This document shows, in pieces, positions 9,807 through 19,257 of a DNA stretch of 64,000 bases; positions within the stretch are counted from its first letter, which is position 1; every line of letters starts with the position of its first letter. Position numbers and translations under genes: made by a program. Under the pieces are notes generated by a model. The model saw only the letters and a list, made by a program, of their open reading frames with translations. It was not told the DNA's origin and searched no databases. This DNA is from an uncultured bacterium (GTDB lineage Bacteria; Verrucomicrobiota; Verrucomicrobiia; Verrucomicrobiales; DEV007), in contig CAXBMO010000002.1 of assembly GCA_963977015.1 (NCBI GenBank), positions 128,001-192,000 of the forward strand, given 5' to 3'.

Positions 9807-11258
9807 ATGAATGCGACACGCATGAAATCAGACCGGCCGAGACTATTCGACACCTTGCATCGCAAGGAACTGGAACTCAATCCCTCCGATGGAGAGACCT
9901 TCCGGTTTTATTGCTGCGGCCCAACGGTTTATGGACCGGCTCACATTGGTAACTTTCGTACCTTTGTGCTTCAGGACATTCTGCGGCGAGTCATCGAGCT
10001 TTCCGGAATGAAGGCAAAACACGTTCGCAACATCACGGACGTCGATGACAAAACCATTCGCGACTCCCAGGCCGAAGGGAAAACGTTAACCGAATTCACG
10101 CAGCATTGGACCGAGCGGTTTCACGAGGACTGCCGGAAGCTCAACTTGCTAGAGCCGCACATTGAACCCAGCGCCGTGGATCACATTCCCCATCAGATCA
10201 CCATGATCGCGCAGTTGATGGAAAGCGGACATGCCTATCAAGGCAGCGACAAGTCCATCTACTACAAAGTCGATTCTTTTCCGGCCTACGGGAAGTTGAG
10301 TCACCTCGACGAACGAGAGATTCAGCTGGGCAGCTCGCAATCAGCCAACGATTCGGACGAGTATGAAAAGGACTCGCTTGCCGATTTTGCGCTTTGGAAA
10401 GCCCGCAAACCGGAGGATGGCGACAACTATTGGGACAGTGCCTGGGGCCAGGGCCGCCCCGGCTGGCACTTGGAATGCTCGGCGATGAGTTTGGAGTATC
10501 TGGGAGCTCCGTTCGACCTTCACTCCGGCGGCATTGACCTCTGCTTTCCCCACCACGAAAACGAGATCGCGCAAAGCGAAGCCGCGACAGGAAAGGAAAT
10601 GTGCCACCACTGGTTTCATACCACCCACCTGACGGTCAACGGCGGAAAAATGTCGAAGACGGCTCGCAACTTCTACACGCTCACGGATTTGGAGGAAGCA
10701 GGGTTCTCGGCTTCAGAACTTCGCTACGCGTTGGCAAGCGCCCACTACCGGCAGCCTCTCAATTTCGTGGCCAAAGACAAGCTGGGCAACGAAACCTTCG
10801 AATCGCTTCATTCGGCGCAGCAAGCCCTCAATCGACTCGCTCGCGCTGAGTTGGAGCTTCGCAATGCGGCCGGAGAAACCGAGCCTCCCACCTATCAATC
10901 CCTGCTGGACCAGGAGATTGAACTTGGGGCCTTTCAACCGGCATGGGAAGCCCTTCTCAGTGATCTCAACACGCCGGATTGCCTTGGCAAAACCTTTACC
11001 GCCCTCAAAGAGAAGCATTCGGCTCCCAAAAATGCATGGCTAGCGTTGCACGTGATCCTCGCCGGATTGGGCATTACCTTGCCGGTTGAAGAAAGCGTCG
11101 ACGTTCCGGCGGAAATTCAGGAAAAAGCTCAGAAACGTTGGGATGCCAAGCAGGCCAAAGACTGGGCAGCTGCCGACGCCCTGCGCGACGAATTGGCGGA
11201 GGCGGGATGGCAGATCAAGGACGCGAAAGACGGTTTTGAGGTCGTTCCGATCGACTAG
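9807..11258 (+). CDS. cysS: Cysteine--tRNA ligase
   Basis: CGPTVY..HIGN, NITDVDDK, GRPGWHLECSAM, DLCFPHHENEIAQSE, KMSK. Confidence 0.97.
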   Translation: MNATRMKSDRPRLFDTLHRKELELNPSDGETFRFYCCGPTVYGPAHIGNFRTFVLQDILRRVIELSGMKAKHVRNITDVDDKTIRDSQAEGKTLTEFTQHWTERFHEDCRKLNLLEPHIEPSAVDHIPHQITMIAQLMESGHAYQGSDKSIYYKVDSFPAYGKLSHLDEREIQLGSSQSANDSDEYEKDSLADFALWKARKPEDGDNYWDSAWGQGRPGWHLECSAMSLEYLGAPFDLHSGGIDLCFPHHENEIAQSEAATGKEMCHHWFHTTHLTVNGGKMSKTARNFYTLTDLEEAGFSASELRYALASAHYRQPLNFVAKDKLGNETFESLHSAQQALNRLARAELELRNAAGETEPPTYQSLLDQEIELGAFQPAWEALLSDLNTPDCLGKTFTALKEKHSAPKNAWLALHVILAGLGITLPVEESVDVPAEIQEKAQKRWDAKQAKDWAAADALRDELAEAGWQIKDAKDGFEVVPID

Positions 11259-11334
11259 CCCTCCCTGAAACCTCCTGTTTTTTTTCGAAGTAATGATTGT
11301 TGATCGCGATTCGCGGTTGATGATTCTAATTACC

Positions 11335-12186
11335 ATGAATTCGAAAATCCAATTCCGTATGATGTTGATCGCGGTCGGGCTTTTCATCTCCGGGATTCAA
11401 CCGGGGCTAGGCGATCCCTCGGTGGCAAGCGCTTCCGTCGATACGCCGCCCGTAGATTCGACGACGCGAAAGTTGGTTGATATCCGGGAAGTTGTGAAAG
11501 CTGATGATGAAGGTGGTTTTTTGCGACCAAGGTTTTCACCGGACGGCCTTCAACTGATGCTGACTCGTCCGGGCTATCAGGGAATCTTTCTGGTTCCAAC
11601 CAAGGGCGGACAAGCGAAGCGTATCAGTGAAGACAATGCCTTCAAAGCTGAGTGGAGTAAGGATGGGCTGATTGCACTCCCGGCACCTAACGATAAGCGG
11701 CGAATCCTGAAACGCGATGGAAGTCAGGCACGGATCGAAGCAGTCGAACACGAGCAAGTCTTTTGCGAGAACGACAAGGTCTTCACCGAGGTGGAGGAAG
11801 GGGCCAACCCGGTCGCGATAAGCGACAACAGCGACCGCTTTATAGCGCCTCAACTCTGCCCGAAACACAAAATGGTCAGTTTTGTCGGGGTGGAGTCCGG
11901 CATCTATCTGGCTCCTGCGAGCGCGTCTCGAGAACCCGTTTTCCTCGGCGAAGGCCAGGATGTGACCTGGGCTCCCGACAGTTCTTTCATCGTCTATGTT
12001 CATGCTCGGGATGACGGACACGAAATCGTGGAAAGCGACCTCTACCAATATGAGTTGCGCACCAAAAAGCTCTTTAACCTGACGGCAACATCGGACCTGA
12101 TGATCAACTCCCCTTCCCTCAGCCCCGACGGCAAAACCGTCGCCTTTGAAGCGGAGGGAACAATCTACGTTGGCACAATCCAATAG
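11335..12186 (+). CDS. Exported TolB-like (PD40/WD40) beta-propeller protein
   Basis: Signal peptide; repeated PRFSPDG, WSKDG, WAPDS and PSLSPDGKTVAF blades. Confidence 0.75.
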   Translation: MNSKIQFRMMLIAVGLFISGIQPGLGDPSVASASVDTPPVDSTTRKLVDIREVVKADDEGGFLRPRFSPDGLQLMLTRPGYQGIFLVPTKGGQAKRISEDNAFKAEWSKDGLIALPAPNDKRRILKRDGSQARIEAVEHEQVFCENDKVFTEVEEGANPVAISDNSDRFIAPQLCPKHKMVSFVGVESGIYLAPASASREPVFLGEGQDVTWAPDSSFIVYVHARDDGHEIVESDLYQYELRTKKLFNLTATSDLMINSPSLSPDGKTVAFEAEGTIYVGTIQ

Positions 12187-12235
12187 GGCAATCCGCATCT
12201 CGAAAATCCTCGCTTGGTCCGTCAAAGACTCTGCC

Positions 12236-13759
12236 ATGAAATACCTGCACATGTTAGTGATGAACAAGAGCCACGGCGTCCTCTGGCTCATTTTGCTTTC
12301 CACGATCGCCAGCCACGCGCAGACCAAGATCTACATCGACCCGGGCCATGGCGGCACGGATCCTGGCGCGGTCAATTCGTCAAACGGCACCAAGGAAGCC
12401 GATCGCGTTTTATTTACCAGCCTCGAACTCCGCGACTACCTCCAGGAAGACTCCGACGATGAAAGCGGCGGGGGTAACTGGGATGTCCGATTGTCGCGAA
12501 GCACGGACACGTTTATCAGCCTGAGCGCCCGATCCGCGGACGCCAATTTTTGGGGAGCAGACCGGTTTCTTTCCATCCACCAGAATGCTTTCAACCAATC
12601 GGCAAACGGAACGGAAACGTTTTCGTTATCGGATTCGGGCTCGAGCGCCCGGCTTCGCAACTTGGTGCAATCAGAGGCAATTGAGGCCTGGGGACTAACG
12701 AATCGCGGGAATAAGACCGCGGGATTCTCGGTCCTTCGCAATACCGCGATGCCCGCAGTGCTGACCGAGATGGGGTTCATCGATTCGCCAACCGATCACG
12801 AGTTCTGCTCCTCGGACGAGGAATGCCGAAAGTATGCCAAACACATGATGTTCGCGCTCCAACGTCATTATGATTTGGACGAGTATCTTCCTGGTGGAAC
12901 CTCTCCTGAGGAAGTCATCGTGGACAACACAAACATGAGTGGCTATTCGGAAACCGGGAATTGGAGCACATCCACCTCTCCAGGATTCTGGCAAGCCAAC
13001 TCGAGATACGCCTCGGCTTACAATCCATCGCCAGACAACAAGGCAACGTTTCGTCCCAATCTTTTGCAGGATGGCCAATACGAGGTCTATGCGTGGTGGG
13101 TTCAGGGTGGAAACCGCTCTCCAGGCGCTGCGTTTGTTGTGACTGACCTTACCGGCTCTACCACGGTCAACCTGGATCAACGGGACAACGGAAAACAATG
13201 GAACCTGATTGGAACCTTCAACTTCCGGTCCGGGACAGACGGGAGCGTCGTCCTTTCAGCCAAGCAATCAGCCGTCGGGACCTCCAATCCGTCCAGTGTC
13301 GTGGTGATGGCGGATGCCGTGCGGTTCGTAAGAGTTGGCAATCTTGATATCCAGGAAGTCATTGTCGACAACACCGATCCCGGCTTCTCCGCACCTTCGC
13401 GGGATTGGTTTACGGGGGACTACACCTCGGGCTTTCTTGGCTCCAACTACCATGCGCGTCCTACTGAATACGTTAGTGATCCCGCATCCTGGTCGCTGGG
13501 TCTCCCGGTCGCAGGACAATGGGAAGTGTTCGCACGTTGGACGATCGGCTCCAATCGAACGCGCTCCGCACCGTTCTTTATCCGGCACAATGGAGGCACG
13601 GCAACGCGCTACGTGAATCAACGCACCAGCGGTGGCCAATGGGTTTCGCTGGGGACCTACGAGTTTGCAACCGGCGTTTCCACGAAGGTCCAACTGTCTT
13701 GTTGGACCGATCCCGGAGCATTTGTGATCGCTGATGCGGTTCGTTTTGTGAAACGTTAG
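12236..13759 (+). CDS. N-acetylmuramoyl-L-alanine amidase (Amidase_3) with two C-terminal golvesin/xanthan-lyase-CBD-like domains
   Basis: IYIDPGHGG, KEAD, LSIHQNA, VLTEMGF catalytic motifs; two repeats of VIVDN...Y/WEV.A.W....NR...W..LGT..F...ADAVRFV. Confidence 0.88.
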   Translation: MKYLHMLVMNKSHGVLWLILLSTIASHAQTKIYIDPGHGGTDPGAVNSSNGTKEADRVLFTSLELRDYLQEDSDDESGGGNWDVRLSRSTDTFISLSARSADANFWGADRFLSIHQNAFNQSANGTETFSLSDSGSSARLRNLVQSEAIEAWGLTNRGNKTAGFSVLRNTAMPAVLTEMGFIDSPTDHEFCSSDEECRKYAKHMMFALQRHYDLDEYLPGGTSPEEVIVDNTNMSGYSETGNWSTSTSPGFWQANSRYASAYNPSPDNKATFRPNLLQDGQYEVYAWWVQGGNRSPGAAFVVTDLTGSTTVNLDQRDNGKQWNLIGTFNFRSGTDGSVVLSAKQSAVGTSNPSSVVVMADAVRFVRVGNLDIQEVIVDNTDPGFSAPSRDWFTGDYTSGFLGSNYHARPTEYVSDPASWSLGLPVAGQWEVFARWTIGSNRTRSAPFFIRHNGGTATRYVNQRTSGGQWVSLGTYEFATGVSTKVQLSCWTDPGAFVIADAVRFVKR

Positions 13760-13764
13760 CCAAT

Positions 13765-16203
13765 TTGTCCCGCCACCAAAGTCGCAGAACCTCGGTTCAT
13801 CGCCTCCCCATTCTTTGGGCGTTGTTCGGTTTTCTGACCACCGCGCCCTTCGCTTCAATTTCCGATGGTTCGACGGCCCCACAAGACCTTGAAATTCTCG
13901 AGAAGGCGTACGAGCTAACCGTAAAAGGTGAGATCGCAGAAGCTGAGTCCATGTATCGCGATTTGGCGTCCACCAATCCTCAAATCGGCCTCCCCGCGCT
14001 CAGCCGGTTTCTCTACCTCGCCCCGGAAAGCGAAAAGCTCGAACGCTTTCTCCAGTCCGTTCAAGCAGACGAGACGTTCCCAGACGAGCTAAAGACAGAA
14101 GTCTTGATCGAGGCTGACCGGAAAGAAGACGCCCTGACACGGCTTCGAGCATCTTCCCCCGAGAAAACCGATATCCTGGCGAAGGCCGAATTCCTTCACC
14201 GCCATGGGGAGAAAGGCGAGTCCATTGAACTCCTAATTCAAACGATTCTCCAATCTGAACGGCATCCGAATGTTGGGACTTGGGCAGAGAAGCTTCTCGA
14301 TTTTTCGGATTCATTGGCCATCGGAAAGGGGCATTTTCTCCAGGCTTTCGCAATCGGCCATCAAACCTTGGAACTCGTTCCGGAAGATTTTTTGGCTCAC
14401 ATGGACCAACAAGTTTTCCAGTGGCAAACATCCCAAACCTACTGGGAAGAACGGAACGCCCTTTTCGAGACGATAGCGCTTGAGTCTTTTTCAGCCCTTG
14501 CCGCTTCGATCATCTGCTATCACGAAGGCAATCTCGAGAAAGCGGAAGCCTTTCTCTCTTCGTCTCCCAGTAGCCCGGTTTGGCTTGCAACTGCAACGAC
14601 GATTCACAAGATTCGACTGCTCAAAGCCTTGGGAAGAAACAAAGAGTCTACCCGACTTGCGGCAACACTATTGGCGGAACTGGAACGCGAGCCATCTGCC
14701 GATCAGCGTTGCCAGGCAGCCCTCCAGGCCTTGGACAAACTCAATCATGAGCAAGCTCGACTCATCTTCGATTCCATCACTCCGTCCGAGCTTTCTGCCG
14801 AGGCTCTCGCCACCTTCCATCTGGTTCACCTCCGACTCGCCGCCTTCGCTCAGGATTTCGACCTCCTGATTTCCCAGTTCTCACGGTATGCCAGCACGGT
14901 AACCGCGGAAGTTCGGCAACGCGGCATTGATTCGACCGTTTCCCATCTTCACTCCGTTGAGGCGAGGCAGAAACTCATCGATCAAATTCATTCCAAGGTG
15001 GAAACCGGCGCGGCATCTCCGGTTCTCTACCTGTTGGCGGCCGCACTTGAGGAACAAAATGGGCTTGGGATCCAGGCCATCAAATCCCGATGGCTCTATG
15101 GCCAATCGAATCCGGATGACTACCCGGCACAAGTCAGCTTGGTCGCCAAGGCGGTTCACCTTGCCATTGAGCTGAATACCCAACCAAACGCCGAAGTCAC
15201 TGCCGACCAAGTCAAACAAATGACGGACCTTGCCACGGAAAGTGCCCTGACATTGATTCAGACAAACCCCTACAACGCAGAAGCAATGCGGGCATTGATG
15301 GATCTCTACCGCAAGAGCAATCAGGAAACGAAGGCTCCTGAAGTTCCGGATCTGGTGGGCAAACAGGCAACCAATCCCAAACTCCTCGCTCATTGCGCCT
15401 ACGTCTTGGCCACCGAAGGATACCCGGACAAGGCGCTGCTCTACTACCAACAAGCACTCGAAAAGGATCCGGGAAATCCATTCTTCCTGATGAATCGTGC
15501 GTCTTGCCATACCAGGCTTGGACGCTGGGACGACGCCGCTGCCTTTTATCGTCAAAGCATCGAACAAGGTTTTGCCGGGAAGCCGTTCCATCTTCACGAA
15601 AGCCTGCTTCGACTTTGGTCCATCGCGGAACACCAAAACAATGAGGAAGCATGCTTGAGCTATTTCCGATCCTTACCACGCAACAACGAGCTCAGGTGGC
15701 AGTCTGTTCTCGTTCCGGAGTTGGTTGCGCTCATGGTTCAAGTGCGGCGGATGGATGATGCGACCTTTTTTCACGAGGCGCTGTTGGAGCGTTTTCGGTC
15801 GGGCAATCTCGAAATTTCAGAAGCCATCAAGAGCTACCAACGGGTTGCCCGTGGCTTGGTGGAGACTGATCACCTTGACCAGGCCGAAGCGTTTCTGGAA
15901 AGCGGGCTCGCGGAATTTCCTGACCACCCCGAAATCAACCTCGCGATGGTTCAGAGCCTGGCCTCCCTGGATCTCGAACGGGGTCGGTTTGATGCCGCGA
16001 TTGGACGACTCGAAGGAAAGGCTCGCGACATCAAATCGCCAGGCGCACTTGAACTTCTCTATTTCGCAGGCCGGCTTGCTGAGCAAAACAACCAACCGGA
16101 AAAAGCGACCAGCCTTTTTGTAGAATTCCTCGAATCCGATTCACGGAACTTTGAACTCCGCGCGTCTACGGCCAGACGCCTCGCCAAATTGCGTCAAGAC
16201 TAG
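13765..16203 (+). CDS. Large tetratricopeptide repeat protein, probably exported
   Basis: Hydrophobic N-terminus; TPR-like repeats, e.g. ALLYYQQALEKDPGNP, RLGRWDDAAAFY. Confidence 0.75.
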   Translation: MSRHQSRRTSVHRLPILWALFGFLTTAPFASISDGSTAPQDLEILEKAYELTVKGEIAEAESMYRDLASTNPQIGLPALSRFLYLAPESEKLERFLQSVQADETFPDELKTEVLIEADRKEDALTRLRASSPEKTDILAKAEFLHRHGEKGESIELLIQTILQSERHPNVGTWAEKLLDFSDSLAIGKGHFLQAFAIGHQTLELVPEDFLAHMDQQVFQWQTSQTYWEERNALFETIALESFSALAASIICYHEGNLEKAEAFLSSSPSSPVWLATATTIHKIRLLKALGRNKESTRLAATLLAELEREPSADQRCQAALQALDKLNHEQARLIFDSITPSELSAEALATFHLVHLRLAAFAQDFDLLISQFSRYASTVTAEVRQRGIDSTVSHLHSVEARQKLIDQIHSKVETGAASPVLYLLAAALEEQNGLGIQAIKSRWLYGQSNPDDYPAQVSLVAKAVHLAIELNTQPNAEVTADQVKQMTDLATESALTLIQTNPYNAEAMRALMDLYRKSNQETKAPEVPDLVGKQATNPKLLAHCAYVLATEGYPDKALLYYQQALEKDPGNPFFLMNRASCHTRLGRWDDAAAFYRQSIEQGFAGKPFHLHESLLRLWSIAEHQNNEEACLSYFRSLPRNNELRWQSVLVPELVALMVQVRRMDDATFFHEALLERFRSGNLEISEAIKSYQRVARGLVETDHLDQAEAFLESGLAEFPDHPEINLAMVQSLASLDLERGRFDAAIGRLEGKARDIKSPGALELLYFAGRLAEQNNQPEKATSLFVEFLESDSRNFELRASTARRLAKLRQD

Positions 16204-16703
16204 GCGGGCGAACTAATCCGCAGGGCTTCGTCAATCGTGTCGTTCACCAATTGCTCTTCCTCGTTGCTGATCTCGCGCGTGACCTCAAGATCGAGATTCA
16301 CCTTGCCGTCATTCTTCACGGTAACTCCAAAATGGCTGACCATTCCCTCCGGCAGCCGGGAAAGCACGTATTCCTCAATAAACTTCGCCACTTTGGCCCC
16401 ATTGTTGTGGCAACCGCAATCCAGACCGGAATTCAGGGCATCCAGGTGTTGACGGCCAACGGCATAGTCCGCCAAACCTTCATCCATGACACTGATGGCA
16501 TGTTCAAGAAAAAGGCGAGCCTCATCCATCCGTCCCTTGTGCTGATAGTAGATACCAAGCGCGGTTCTTGCCTCGCCTTCCAGGACGGTGTTTCCATCTT
16601 GCTGGGCGGTTTGAATGGCGTTTGAGAGTTGCTCTTCGGCGTCGGGCTGATTCTGAAGCTCCATCGCGACGGACCAAGCCTCCGATTCTTCATGCGATAA
16701 CAT
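16200..16703 (-). CDS. Hypothetical protein with a single TPR-like helix pair
   Basis: ALGIYYQHKGRMDEARLFLEHA; CGC motif; start placed at ATG 16703. Confidence 0.6.
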   Translation of the reverse strand: MLSHEESEAWSVAMELQNQPDAEEQLSNAIQTAQQDGNTVLEGEARTALGIYYQHKGRMDEARLFLEHAISVMDEGLADYAVGRQHLDALNSGLDCGCHNNGAKVAKFIEEYVLSRLPEGMVSHFGVTVKNDGKVNLDLEVTREISNEEEQLVNDTIDEALRISSPA

Positions 16704-16838
16704 GTCGGTTGGGTAAAAGTGGACGAAGGCAAGCCCCACTCGCTTCAATCCGCGGGTGCGAGATTACTCGCCCGTGCCACAATTGGTCAATGCTTTTTCT
16801 GGTCGAAACAATTCATCCAGTATTTATGCTGATTATAG

Positions 16839-17186
16839 TCAGGACCGCTTTCGCGTCAGCATAAATTCGTTCCCTTCCGGATCAACACACATCGCGAGAT
16901 GAGGAGGTTCACCGTTCTCCGGTTCTGGTTTTCGCTTCAGTTCTCCGCCTCCGGCAACCACTTCGCTCGCTCCCTCCACCACATCGGCAACCTGAAAACT
17001 CATCCCGGTCCACGTTCGTTTCCCCTCGCCTCCCCCGTGAATTCCAATGATCGCGCCGCAAAGTTCAACTTCACTGATCACGTCTGACTGCTTGGTGACC
17101 TCCGCTCCGAGGACTTTTTCATAAAAGTGAAGAGCTCGATCCATATCGGCAGCCCAAATCACATATTTGACGCGTTCTACATTCAT
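16839..17186 (-). CDS. VOC/glyoxalase family protein
   Basis: DMDRALHFYEKVLG ... DPEGNEFML; ATG at 17186. Confidence 0.88.
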   Translation of the reverse strand: MNVERVKYVIWAADMDRALHFYEKVLGAEVTKQSDVISEVELCGAIIGIHGGGEGKRTWTGMSFQVADVVEGASEVVAGGGELKRKPEPENGEPPHLAMCVDPEGNEFMLTRKRS

Positions 17187-17270
17187 GCGGCACGCTGAAG
17201 ACCAATTGAGCCTCACACAAGTAAAAAGAAAAACGTGGAGGAATGCGCCAGTTTGTGGGACAGAGACCGG

Positions 17271-18137
17271 ATGACGGTAAAGCAGATACTGACTCACCCT
17301 GGAAGCGCTCACAAAGACGACTTCATGGCGTGCAGTGTGCTTATCCATCAGCATCAAGTCGACGTCGTACGCCGTGAACCCAGTCAGTCGGATCTGGATG
17401 ATTCTGGGATTCTGGTGGTCGACGTCGGAGGATCTCACGATCCTGAATTGGGCAATTTTGACCACCACCAGTTTCCGCGGGATCATCCTCCCATCTGCGC
17501 CTTGAGTCTCGTTTTGCAGCATCTTGGCGTCTACGAAGATGCCCTGAAATTCTGCGATTGGCTGGAGCCTGCGGAGTGGTTTGACTCACGCGGTCCGTCA
17601 GAAACCGCCGAGTGGCTGGGCGTCGAACGCGACCTTCTCAGCAAGCTCAATTCACCGGTCGACTTGACGTTGCTCCGTCGTTTTGCGCTGACCTCGCGAC
17701 TGACTCAGGATCAGCCGCTTTGGCACATCATGCGGTACATTGGCGAGGATCTGTTGAGCTACCTGACCCTGTTGAGACAGCGTTTGGAGTTTATCGCCGA
17801 AAACTCGGAATTCTGGACCGTCTCGACCGAAAACTCCGAGTTCGAGGTTCTGTTCATGCCGAGAACCGAACCCGTTCCCGACGATTCCTCACTTGGATTG
17901 CAACGCTACATTGACGAAACCGGAAAAAGCGAGTCGGTCGCGGCGATGATTTACCCAGATCGACGCGGTTCAGGCTATGGAATTTCCCGTTACAATGGCA
18001 ACAAACAGCTCGATTTCTCCCAACTGACGGAATGCGAAGACGTTCATTTTGCTCATATTCGCGGATTTGTCGCCAAAACAACGGCTACCGAGCCGGAACG
18101 GCTGAGAGAACTCTTGCAACTGGCCGTAGTTGAGTGA
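17271..18137 (+). CDS. MYG1 family (DHH-like) exonuclease/hydrolase
   Basis: THPGSAHKDD, VVDVGG...FDHHQ, FAHIRGF motifs. Confidence 0.85.
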   Translation: MTVKQILTHPGSAHKDDFMACSVLIHQHQVDVVRREPSQSDLDDSGILVVDVGGSHDPELGNFDHHQFPRDHPPICALSLVLQHLGVYEDALKFCDWLEPAEWFDSRGPSETAEWLGVERDLLSKLNSPVDLTLLRRFALTSRLTQDQPLWHIMRYIGEDLLSYLTLLRQRLEFIAENSEFWTVSTENSEFEVLFMPRTEPVPDDSSLGLQRYIDETGKSESVAAMIYPDRRGSGYGISRYNGNKQLDFSQLTECEDVHFAHIRGFVAKTTATEPERLRELLQLAVVE

Positions 18138-18159
18138 TTAGGCGAAGTCTTCCCCTTCA

Positions 18160-18549
18160 ATGCCTCCCTTTCTCTCCATTTCCGAACAGACGACTGACGT
18201 CTTTGAGAGCTCGATCTTTTGTGATCGCCGTTTCGGCGCCGATCTCCGCTTCCTGGGCGTTGTTCGTCATCTGGAAAACGGACGGGAAATCCTCGGGATC
18301 GACTATTCGTGCTATCAACAGATGGCGGAGCAGAAATTGGAGGAAATTTATCGGGAACTCTCCAACAGCGAAAGTGAGCACCGCGTCTGGGTCCATCATC
18401 GCATTGGCTTCGTCAAAGCTGGCGAGGCTTCGATCGTGATTCGCATCCAAACGCCTCATAGCGCCGAAGGATATGCCATTAGCCAAGCGTATCTCCGCCA
18501 AATCAAGACGACCGTCCCGATCTGGAAAAAACCGGTCTTTTCCGAATGA
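18160..18549 (+). CDS. moaE: Molybdopterin synthase catalytic subunit MoaE-like
   Basis: FLGVVR, HRIG.VKAGEASIVI, IKTTVPIWKK. Confidence 0.85.
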   Translation: MPPFLSISEQTTDVFESSIFCDRRFGADLRFLGVVRHLENGREILGIDYSCYQQMAEQKLEEIYRELSNSESEHRVWVHHRIGFVKAGEASIVIRIQTPHSAEGYAISQAYLRQIKTTVPIWKKPVFSE

Positions 18550-19127
18550 ACCTACCCAACCAACTTACCGTTCTTCGCCTCATCCTGACCGCGATCTTTG
18601 CGGTTGCGATGTCCATTGAGTTTGCCGGGCAATATTCCATCGCTCTCATCCTTTTTTCAGTCGCTGCGTTTACCGACTTTCTGGATGGCTATCTGGCTCG
18701 GAAACACAATCTGATCACGAATTTCGGGAAGCTGATGGATCCCCTGGCCGACAAGGTTCTGATGTGTGCCGGTTTTGTGCTGCTTTCCGAAATTGGCCTG
18801 ATTCCAGGTTGGCTCGTGGTCGCCATTCTCACCCGGGAGTTTCTCGTCACTGGTCTGAGGTTGATCGCAGCAGGAGATGGTAAAGTTGTTTCCGCCGACA
18901 AACTCGGGAAACAGAAGACGATCTGGCAAATCGTGACGCTCATCTACTTTTTGCTCTTTCTTGCGTCTGATGAAACAGCTTTTCACTGGATGCGTTGGCT
19001 GTTTGACTGGGCGCCAACAAGCCCACCCATCGCAGGCTTCCTCCTGTTGGCGCTCTCACTGGTTCTTACCGTCTGGTCGGGAATTGGCTATGTTTTCAAG
19101 AATCTCCATGTTTTGAGAACAGAGTGA
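18546..19127 (+). CDS. pgsA: CDP-diacylglycerol--glycerol-3-phosphate 3-phosphatidyltransferase
   Basis: MNLPNQLT, TDFLDGYLARK..ITNFGKLMDPLADK CDP-alcohol phosphotransferase signature. Confidence 0.95.
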   Translation: MNLPNQLTVLRLILTAIFAVAMSIEFAGQYSIALILFSVAAFTDFLDGYLARKHNLITNFGKLMDPLADKVLMCAGFVLLSEIGLIPGWLVVAILTREFLVTGLRLIAAGDGKVVSADKLGKQKTIWQIVTLIYFLLFLASDETAFHWMRWLFDWAPTSPPIAGFLLLALSLVLTVWSGIGYVFKNLHVLRTE

Positions 19128-19168
19128 GCTTTTTTCCCGGCGCCTCTCCGGGCGTTTCCACCGTCAGC

Positions 19169-19188
19169 TTATCCACAAGTAATTCACA
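19169..19188 (+). promoter_or_regulatory. DnaA-box-like pair
   Basis: Perfect TTATCCACA at 19169-19177 followed by TAATTCACA at 19180-19188 in the intergenic gap. Confidence 0.4.
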
Positions 19189-19257
19189 GTTTAATGCTGA
19201 CAGTTAGGATTTCTTACGCTATTGCTCTTGTTTGCAGTTTTCCACCAACTGTCAGGC

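Noticed and set aside
19128-19257. Replication origin
   Set aside because: Only one perfect and one imperfect DnaA box, no clear unwinding element, and no dnaA/dnaN nearby
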